Position numbers and translations under genes: made by a program. DNA of 64,000 nt from the human T2T-CHM13v2.0 reference genome, Homo sapiens: assembly GCF_009914755.1 (NCBI RefSeq), contig NC_060927.1; one strand, given 5' to 3'. This document shows, piece by piece, positions 54,170 to 64,000 of the stretch. Below the pieces are notes generated by a model. That model saw only the letters and a list, made by a program, of their open reading frames with translations, searched no databases and was not told the DNA's origin. Position 1 is the first letter of the stretch. Each line of letters opens with the position of its first letter.

Positions 54170-55088
54170 CTCTTCCCTCCCTGGCTCTTAGGACCCCCAT
54201 CGCAGTGGGGGAGGCAACCTCCAAGTGGCGGGGACTGAGAGCCACCCCCTCTTCCCCCGCTGGCTCTTAGGACTTCCATAGCAGGGGGGAGAGGCACCCC
54301 CGCGAGGCGGGTTCTGAGAGCCAGCCCCTCTTCCCCCCCTGCCTCTTAGGACTTCCATAGCAGGGGGGGGAGTCACCCCATGCAAGGCGGGGAATGAGAG
54401 CCAGCCCCTCTTCCCCCCCTGGCTCTCAGGACCCCCATCGCAGGGTGGGAGGAACCCCGTGAGGCAGGGACTGAGAGCCAGCCCCTCTTCCCTCCCTGGA
54501 TCTTTGGACCACCATCGCGGGGGTGGAGGCACCCCCCGCGGCTCGGGGACTGAGAGCCAGCCCCTTTTTTCCCCTGGCTCTGAGGACACCCATCGCAGGA
54601 TGGGGAGGCACCCCCGGCGAGCCCGGGACTGAGAGCCAGCCCCTCTTCCCCCACTGGCTCTTAGGACCCCCGTCGTAGGGGGGAGGCAGCCCCCACGAGG
54701 CGGGGACTGAGAGCCAGTCCGTCTTCCCCCCTGGCTCTTCGGACCCCCATGGGGGGCGGGAGGCACCCCCAACGAAGCGGGGACTGAGAGCCAGCCACTC
54801 TTTTCCCCCGGCTCTTGGGACCCCCATCGCAGGAGGGTGAGGCACCCCCCGTGCGATGGGGACTGAAAGTCAGCCCCTCTTCCCCCCGGCTCTTAGGACC
54901 CCCATCGCAGCGGGGGGAGGCACCCCCTGGGAGGCGGGGAGTGAGAGCGAGCCCCTCTTCCCCCTCTGGCTCTTAGGACGCCCAGCACAGGGTGGGGAGG
55001 CACCCCCCGCAGGGTGGGGACTGAGAGCCAGCCCCTCTTCCCCCCCTGGCTTAGGAACCCCATCGCAGATCCTAAGATCCTTAGGACC
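54170..55088. repeat. GC-rich ~76-bp VNTR block 3 (~12 units)
   Basis: same unit as block 1. Confidence 0.93.
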
Positions 55089-57025
55089 CACCTGGAGGAC
55101 TGTGGGTTTTAGGTGTCCAAGAAGAAAGCTCAGAGCTGCCGAAAGCAGGTACCTTACTTGGGATTTACTATCTGACAGGGGTGGGAACGCAGCCCAGGAT
55201 CAGAAAGAAAGCAGGTCATTTGCAATCTAGCAGAGCCTAAGGGCAGAAGGCAGGTGAGAGAATTCTTAGGAGCTGTGGGGTTTTGTGGACTGTGGATTCC
55301 AAACTTTGCAGTATTAGCCAAGCCTTTCTATGAGATCACAAAGGGGGCGGGGACCGGGAACCTTTGGAATGGGGATCCCAACAACAGCAAGTCTTTCATG
55401 AGTTAAAGTAAAAACTTCTGGCAGCCCCAGCCCTGGGGCTACCCGATCTGACAAAGCCTTTTCCATTGTATGCGTCAGAGAGAGAAAAGATGGCAGCTGG
55501 ACTTTTAACCCAAACTGTGAGGCCCTGGCTGAGGCCGGTGGCCTACGTCTCTAAACAACTAGACAGGGTTTCTAAAGGATGGCCCCCCTGTTTGAGGGCC
55601 TTGGCAGCAACTGCCCTGCTAGTACAAGAAGCAAATAAGCTGACTCTTGGGCAAAACCTGAACATAAAGGCCCCCTGTGCTGTGGTGACTTTAATGAATA
55701 CTAAAGGACACCATTGGCTAACGAATGCCACACTCACCCAGTACCAAACTTTGCTCTGTGAAAATCCCCATATAACCATTGAAGTTTGTAACACCCTACA
55801 CCCCGCCACCTTGCTCCCGGTATCAGAGAGCCCTGTCGAGCCTGATTGTGTAGAAGTGTTGGACTCAATTGACTCTAGCAGACCTGACCTCCGGGACCAG
55901 CCTTGGGCATCAGTAGACTGGGAACTATACGTGGATGGGAGCAGCTTCTTCAACCCCCAAGGAGAGAGAGGTGCAGGGTGTGCAGGGGTAACCCTGGACA
56001 CTGTTGTTGAAACCAGGTCGTTGCCCCAGGCCACCGCAGCCCATAAAGCTGAACTCATTGCTTTCATTTGGGGCGTTAGAACTCAGTGAGGGTGAGACTG
56101 TCAACATTTACACTGATTCCCAGTATGTCTTTTTAACCCTTCAAGTGCATGGAGCGTGATAGAAAGAAAAAGGCCTATTTAACTCTGGGGGAAAAGACAG
56201 AAAATATCAACAAGAAATCTCGCAATGATTAGAAGCAGAGTGGAAACCCCACAAGGTGGCAGTTATGCATTGCAGAGGACACCAGCGAGCTTCCACCTTG
56301 CTGGGTTTGGGGAATTCCCGCGCTGACTCAGAGGCTCGAAAAGCAGCATCTGCCCCCTTTCGGGCATCAGTGCTCCCTCAAGCACCTGATCTTGGACCTA
56401 CTTCTTCTAAAGAAGAAAAGGACTTTCTCCAGGTAGAGGGAAGGACAAGTGATGGAGGAAGGATGGATTCGGTTACCAGATGGGAGAGTAGCTGCGCCAC
56501 AGTTGCTAGGAGCTGTAGTTGGACAAGAAACCACCCATCGAGGTCAGGAGTCACTGGAAAAGTTGTTAGGCCAGTGTTTCTACATCTCACATTTGTCAGC
56601 CCTTGCCAAAACGGTGAGGCAGCGGTGTGTTACCTGCCGACAGCATGATGCGAGGCAAGGTGCAGCCGTTCCGCCCGGCATACAAGCTTATGGAGCAGCC
56701 CTCTTTGAAGATCTCCAGGTAGACTTCACAGGGATGCCAAAGTGGGGAGGTAACAAGTATTTACTAGTTCTTGGGTGTACCTACTCTGGGTGGGTGGAGG
56801 CCTATCCAACACGAACTGAGAAAGCTCGTGATAACCCCTGTGCTTCTTCGAAATCTGATTCCTAGATTTCGACTGCCCTTACGGATCGGCTGAGATAACG
56901 GACCTGCGTTTTTGGCGGCCTTGGTACAGAAGACGGCAAAGGTATTGGGGATCACACGGAAACTGCCTGCCACCTCCCGGCCTCAGAGTTCCGGAAAGGT
57001 GGAATGGATGAATCGGACTTTCAAA
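55089..57025 (+). pseudogene. HERV-E-like pol: RT connection, RNase H and integrase, truncated; no env or LTR seen
   Basis: [78 protein letters not shown]; frameshifts and stops. Confidence 0.9.
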
Positions 57026-57029
57026 AATA

Positions 57030-60000
57030 GTACTATTGTCTTCCCCGCTGGATATTTAAAACAACACCACAAGGGGCATCAAACTACCTGCTAAATTTGA
57101 GGGAATGTTATCCTCTCCCCACCTCCCCCGGCCCCGGATATTAGAGACAATAACACAGGGTCAATGTACACCCACTGTTTTATTGGGAGTAATATCATCC
57201 TCTCCCTTCTTGGATATTAGGAACAATATCACACTGTACGTGTACGCCTGTCGCGAAATTCAATGGAATGTCATCCTGTGCCTCCCTGGATATGATGAAC
57301 AATATCACGGGGGATGTACAACTTCTGAGATATTGGGAGTGATATCATCCTCTCCCCTCTGGAAGTTAGGGACAATATCACAGGGGTAGTGTACACCCTC
57401 TAGGATGTGGGGACTAATATCTTCCCGCCCACTGGATATTAAAAACCATATCACAAGGGGCATGTACACACACTTCGATATTGGTATTAATACCATCCTC
57501 TCCCTCTTTGGATATTCGGTGCCATATTTCAGGTGGGGTATACACCACCTGCAATATTGGAAGTAATATGATTTTCTCCCCCCCGGATATCAGAAACAAT
57601 ATCACAGGGAAGTGTCAGCAACTCCTGCGATATTTGGAGTAATATCATCATCTCCCCTCACGAATATTAAGAACAATATCATAGGGGTGGGGGGTGTACA
57701 CCCCCTTTCATATTTGGTATCATCCTCTTCCCCCCTGGATATTAGGAACAATATCAGGAAGGGATGTACAGACCCTGAGACCTTTGCTGTCATAGAACTG
57801 TCTCTCCCCTAGATATTAGGAAAAATGTCACTGGGGATGTGAACAGCCCTGCGATATTGGGAGTAGTATCATCCTCTCCCCCCCTTGCATATTGGGAACA
57901 ACATCACAGGTGGGGTGTACTGCCTCTGCGATATTGGGAGTAAAATTTTCCTCTCTTCCCCTGGACATTAGGAAGGGTATCAGAGGGGGAGGGTGTACAT
58001 TCCCTGCGATATTCAACATAAGCTTATCCTCTCCCTCCCAGGGTATTCAGAACAATAGGACAGGAGGGGTGTACACCCTCTGCGATATTGAGAGTCATAT
58101 CATCCTCTTTCGCTCTGGATATTAGGAACAATATCACAGGGTTGTGTACACCCCCTGCGATATTGGGAGTGATATCATCCTCTCTCCCTGTGGATATTAG
58201 GAAGAGTATCACAGGGCTGTGTAAACCCCCTGCGGTACTGGGAGTAATATCATCCTCTCTCCCTCTGGATATGAGGAAGATTTTCCCAGGGGTGTGTACA
58301 CCCCCTGCGATATTGGGAGTAATATCATCCTCTCCACCCAGGAAATGACTAACAAGGTCACGGTGGGGGGTGTACTCCCACTGTGACATTGGGAGTAATG
58401 TCATCCTCCCCAAACCTGGATGTTAGCAACGAGATCACAGAGGGGGTGTACACACCCTGTGACATTGGAAGTAATATGATCCTCTCCCCACCTGGATATT
58501 GGGAAAGATATCGCAGAGCGGGTATACATTTCCTATGCTGTTGGGAGTGACATCATTCTTTTCCTTTCTGGATATTAGGAAGAATATCACAGGGGTGCTG
58601 TACAATTACTTCGATATTGGGAGTAATATCATCCTCTATTTTCCTGGATATTGGGCACAGAAACACAAAAGGGTGTACAACCCCTGCGATATTGGGAGTA
58701 ATAGCATACTCTCCTTCCCTGGATGTTAGAAAACAATATCCTCAGGGCTGAACACCCCCCGCGATATTGGGAGTCATATTTACTCCTTCACAGGCCATTT
58801 GGAACAATATCATGGGGGGTGTTTACAAACAGGGGTGGTGTACACCCCCTGTAATATTGGGAGTAACATCATTCTCTCCACCTCCAGAAATTAAGAACAA
58901 TATCCCGGCGGGAGTTGGTACACCCCCAGTGATATTGGGAATAATGTCATCCTCTCCTCCCCTGGATATTCAGCACAGTATCACAGGGGGGTGTACACCT
59001 TCTGTGATATTGGAAGCAACATCATCCTCTTCCCCGCTGGATATTAGAAAAAATATCACTCATCGTGTACACCCACTGTGATATTAGCAAGAATATTAGA
59101 GGGTGTACACCCACTCGGACTTTAGGAGAAATAGCTCCCTAAAATGTCACAAATAATATCACAAGGTATACAGTAATATCTCCCTAGGATATGACAAATA
59201 CCATCACAGGGTGCACACCCACTGTGATAACAGGAGTAATACGTCCCAAGGATACTACCAATAATATCACAAGGCCGTACACCCACTATGACACAGGGAG
59301 TGATATCTCCCTAGGATATTACGAATAACATCACAGAATGTACACCCATGGTGTGCACCCATGGTGATATTAGGAGTAATATCAACCCAGGACATAACCA
59401 ATAACACCACAGGGAATACAGACATGATGTACACCCACAGTGATGTTATGAGAACCATCTCCCTAGGATAATACCAATAACATCACAGAGTGTACACACA
59501 CGGTATACACCCACTGTGGCACTAGGAATAATAACTTTCTAAGATATTATGAATAGCATCAGAGAACATAAACACATGGTGTACACCCAGTGTAACTTTA
59601 GGCATAATTTCTCCCTAGGATATTGCCAGTAACATCTCACTGTGTACACACGTGGTGTACACCCACTGTGACATTAAGGGTAATATCCCCCTAGGATATG
59701 ATGAAAAACATCACAGGGCGTCCACCCATGATGTACACACACTGTGATGTTAGGAATAATATCTCCCTGGGATATTACGAATAATACCACAGGGTGTACA
59801 GAAACTGTGATATTAGAGGTAATGTGTCTCTAGGATATGATGAATAATATCACAGGGTGTACACCCACTGTGATACTGGGAGCAATATCTCTCTAGGATA
59901 GTACGAATAATATCACAGAGTGTACACCCACTGTGATATTAGGAGAAATATCTCTCTGGGATATTACGAATTATATCACAGAGTGTACACACATGGTGTA

Positions 60001-60518
60001 CACCCACTTTGATATTAGGAGTAATATCTTCCTACGACATTACAAATAACATCGCAGAGTGTACACCCACTGTAATATTAGGAATCATATCTCCCTAGGT
60101 GATTACAAATAATATCACAGGTTGTACACTCACTGTGATATTAGGAGTAATATCTACCGAGTAGATAACAAAGAACATCACAGGGTGTACACCCACTTTG
60201 ATATTAGCTGTAATATTTTTCTAAGTTGTTACAAATCATATCACAGGGTGTACAAACAGGGTGTACGCTCACTGTGATATCAGGAGTCATATCTCCTTAA
60301 TATATTATGAAAAACATCACAGGGTGTACACCCACTGTATTATTAAGAGTGATATCTCTGTAGGACATTACAATTAATATCACAGGGTGTGCAGCCACTG
60401 TGATATTAGGAGCAACATCTTTCTAGGATATTACAAACAATATCACAGGGTGTACGCCCACTCTGATGTCAGGAGCAATATCTCCCTAGGATATCCAAAA
60501 TAATACCACAGGGTGTCC
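57030..60518. repeat. SATR1-like (57.0-59.1 kb) grading into SATR2-like (59.1-60.5 kb) satellite array
   Basis: monomers AATATCACAGGG..GTGTACACCCCCTGCGATATTGGGAGTAATATCATCCTCTCCCC..TGGATATTAGGAAC, then shorter AT-richer monomers. Confidence 0.88.
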
Positions 60519-60520
60519 AA

Positions 60521-60737
60521 TCTCTGCCTTCCAGGCTCTAAGGGATTCTCCTGCTTCAGCCTCCCGAGTAGCTAGGGTTACCCCGCCACCACGCCCGGCT
60601 AATTTTTTTTTATTTTCACTAGAGACGGGGTTTCACCACGTTGGCCAGGCTGGTCTGGAACTCCTGATCTCAGGTGATTCGTCGGCCTCGGCCACCCAAA
60701 GTGCTGGGATTACAGGTGTGAGCCATGGCGCTCGGCC
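60521..60737 (-). mobile_element. Alu truncated by the satellite array
   Basis: CAGCCTCCCGAGTAGCT...GAGACGGGGTTTCACCA...AAAGTGCTGGGATTACAGG; right-arm end and poly-A tail absent. Confidence 0.9.
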
Positions 60738-61381
60738 AAGAGTTATATATTCAATTCATTTGGAAACACAGCTCCCATATTTGAGTGTGCATGTACTTTA
60801 TGAAGAAATGATGTCAGAAAACCTAAGGATGATAATAAATATGAAAAGTAACTGGCATGTTAAAAGGTCTTCCGATTAAGAACTCTAAGGTTCGATTTCA
60901 TTTTTACATAATGCGGTCCTAGCTCTTGTATCATCCTTTTACATATTCCACATCAAAGGAATTTGTAGCACGGTGTCAAAATAAAATAGAGTGTATTTCG
61001 CTGCTTCTTAATTTCTTTCAATTAGGCTGAGATCTTTTTCTTAAAGAGAGAAGAGCATCTTCACGGCATTTTATTTTTTCTGAAAAGAGTAGGCCATATT
61101 TTACTGAGATCACGGATTTGTTATATATGACATTTTGGTCTTCTAACATTCTTCAGTGGATTTTCTCTAAAGTAGTATGTACAGAAGGAGTTGAAAAGAA
61201 AAAAGTAAATCATGTAATAATTCTGAGATTTTTGGGTTTGTCACAACTGAGAAGTATTGCTGACGGTGTATGGTCCTCAAGTGTGAAAATGTTCCTTGTG
61301 AATTGTTTGCATCCAAAATATACACACAGCATTAAGGGCTGGTTTTTATCTTTTATTTTTCCAATCCTCTTTTCTTCCCAG

Positions 61382-62378
61382 GGTGTCCAAGTCACAGCCA
61401 CGGAATCTCACAGATGTCTGAGAATTCCTCCTCATGGGACTCTCAGAGGATCCAGAACTGCAGCCCGTCCTCGCTGGGCTGTCCCTGTCCATGTATCTGG
61501 TCACGGTGCTGAGGAACCTGCTCAGCATCCTGGCTGTCAGCTCTGACTCCCACCTCCACACCCCCATGTACTTCTTCCTCTCCAACCTGTGCTGGGCTGA
61601 CATCGGTTTCACCTCGGCCACGGTTCCCAAGATAATTGTGGACATGCAGTCGCATAGCAGAGTCATCTCTTATGTGGGCTGCCTGACACGGATGTCTTTT
61701 TTGGTCCTTTTTGCATGTATAGAAGACATGCTTCTGACTGTGATGGCCTATGACTGCTTTGTAGCCATCTGTCACCCTCTACACTACCCAGTCATCGTGA
61801 ATCCTCACCTCCGTGTCTTCTTAGTTTTGGTGTCCTTTTTCCTTAGCCTGTTGGATTCCCAGCTGCACAGTTAGATTGTGTTACAATTCACCTTCTTCAA
61901 GAATGTGGAAATCTCTAATTTTGTCTGTGAGCCATCTCAACTTCTCAAGCTTGCCTGTTCTGACAGCATCATCAATAGCATATTCATATATTTCGATAGT
62001 ACTATGTTTGGTTTTCTTCCCATTTCAGGGATCCTTTTGTCTTACTGTAAAATTGTTCCCTCCATTCTAAGGATTTCAACATCAGATGGGAAATATAAAG
62101 CCTTCTCCACCTGTGGCTCTCACCTGGCACTTGTTTGCTTATTTTATGGAGCAGGCATTGGCGTGTACCTGACTTCAGCTGTGTCACCACCCCCCAGGAA
62201 TGGTGTGGTGGTGTCAGTGATGTACACTGTGGTCACCCCCATGCTGAACCCTTTCATCTACAGCCTGAGAAACAGGGACATTCAAAGCACCCTGAGGAGG
62301 CTGCTCAGCAGAACAGTCGAATCTCATGATCTGTTCCATCCTTTTTCTTGTGTGGGTGAGAAAGGGCAACCACATTAA
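61382..62378 (+). pseudogene. OR7E122P: olfactory receptor family 7E pseudogene (probably OR7E122P given position next to SSUH2)
   Basis: NLT site, [22 protein letters not shown] (R>C), KAFSTCGSHL, PMLNPFIYSLRN; no N-terminal ATG, in-frame TGA 61419-61421 and TAG 61872-61874; symbol is from locus recollection. Confidence 0.9.
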
Positions 62379-63014
62379 ATCCCTACATCTGCAAATCCTG
62401 CCCCTTAGTCACATTATTTTTGTGGCTTGATGGCTTTTATTCCTTTCTGCATTTCCTATGTGAATATTGTTTTCTTCGTTATACCTTTCACTGGAATGGG
62501 TGAGGATTCTGGGATCCTTTGTTTAGCAGAAACCTCATGACTGAATCCTCTATACCTAGGTGGCCTCCTTTAGTTTCTGAGCAATAACTCTGTCATCCAG
62601 GTGGAATCACAACCATCTTTTTATATACGTGAAGTCCTCACTTCATTTTGGAATTCCCTGAAAATTGCCTTTATGGAAACAATGTACAGCAGGTCCTCCA
62701 ACACCATTGGTGCGTTCAAAGTTGTGTAGTTATAATGTTGGTGAGGAATAAGTGGTTTCACTATACCTAATTTTGCTTCAAGGTGAAGTTTCCAAGAGAC
62801 TTTCAAAGATGTTAAGTGAGGACATACTGTACATCAAATTCATATCCTCTTCCAGAGTTCATGTGGAATTTCTTTATAAACTGCTTCTAGAGAATCTATT
62901 TAGGCAGGTTGTGTGTAGAGATCCATGTCACCCGTCCTCAATCTTGGCTTTGAGTCAAATCACCTGGGGAGCTTACAAATGCTGAGGCCTGGGTGTCATT
63001 ACCTGAGATTCTGA

Positions 63015-63602
<588 letters not shown>

Positions 63603-63754
63603 TAGATTTATACACACTTTGATTGCTGTTTTGTTATACACTTGCATATACATAAGATGTGAAATAGAAAAGAATAAAATGGGCACAGTATCCCTGAAGT
63701 TTCACATTCTGAGACATTTTAAAAATATTTGCTCTTTAGAAATTTGTTTCAATT

Positions 63755-63920
63755 GAGAAACTGTGGTATACACACCCAATGAAGTATTATTCAGCCTAAA
63801 AAGGAATAAACAAAATCCTCTTCATTGCAGACAAAATGGATGCGATTGCAGGTCTGTATATTAAATGAAATAAGCCAGGCACAGAATGACAAATATTTCA
63901 TATCCTCACTTCTATGTAGG
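63755..63920 (+). mobile_element. L1 3'-region fragment
   Basis: AAACTGTGGTATA..AATGAAGTATTATTCAGCCTAAAAAGGAA..AATGAAATAAGCCAGGCACAGAA.GACAAAT. Confidence 0.75.
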
Positions 63921-63938
63921 AACAAAACAGAAAATCTT

Positions 63939-64000
63939 GGCCAGGTTTGGTGGCTCAGGCCTGTAATCCCAGCACCGTGGGAGGCCGAGTCACATGGATC
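63939..64000 (+). mobile_element. Alu 5' end (runs off the window)
   Basis: GGCCAGG..TGGTGGCTCA.GCCTGTAATCCCAGCAC..TGGGAGGCCGAG. Confidence 0.9.

Larger units (their letters stand above)
48921..55690 (+). repeat. composite macro-repeat: (pol ~600 bp + satellite block ~660 bp + GC-rich ~76-bp VNTR) x3 plus a fourth pol copy
   Basis: CACCTGGAGGACTGTGGG starts at 48921, 50641, 52903 and 55089; periods 1720, 2262 and 2186 bp. Confidence 0.95.

Noticed and set aside
50190-55088. Many Gly/Pro-rich ORFs on both strands
   Set aside because: Translations of the GC-rich VNTR, with no domain signal
46794-57025. Active or domesticated retroviral gene / novel RT system
   Set aside because: Stops and frameshifts throughout, YVDD destroyed, degenerate CCHC, no LTR or env

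Overview
This window is primate, almost certainly human, genomic DNA rather than prokaryotic sequence (Alu, L1, MIR, MaLR and ERV repeats; GT-AG introns). I recognise it as the SSUH2 (C3orf32) locus on 3p25-26. Bases 1-18.2 kb carry eight minus-strand coding exons of SSUH2. They splice in frame to MDRDLNEDDS...ECHKCHGRG...CQLCAGSGRR, and the 3' exons lie off the left edge. Bases 18-43 kb are repeat-rich non-coding DNA containing a 50-bp minisatellite, solo LTRs and a near-consensus CTCF site. Bases 43.4-64 kb are an OR7E-type segmental-duplication cassette: a decayed HERV-E-like gag-pro-pol interleaved with SATR1/SATR2-like satellite, followed by an OR7E olfactory receptor pseudogene. The most unusual structure is a composite macro-repeat at 48.9-55.7 kb, made of a retroviral pol fragment, a higher-order satellite block and a GC-rich ~76-bp VNTR. 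Its pol copies show an ABAB history, its junctions show microhomology and a hairpin, and the GC-rich VNTR appears to be a GC-shifted homologue of the AT-rich palindromic satellite. Most six-frame ORFs are chance or repeat-derived, and there is no CRISPR array or RNA gene. I found no convincing new protein-coding system; the novelty is structural. Repeat subfamily names are from recall and need RepeatMasker/Dfam confirmation.
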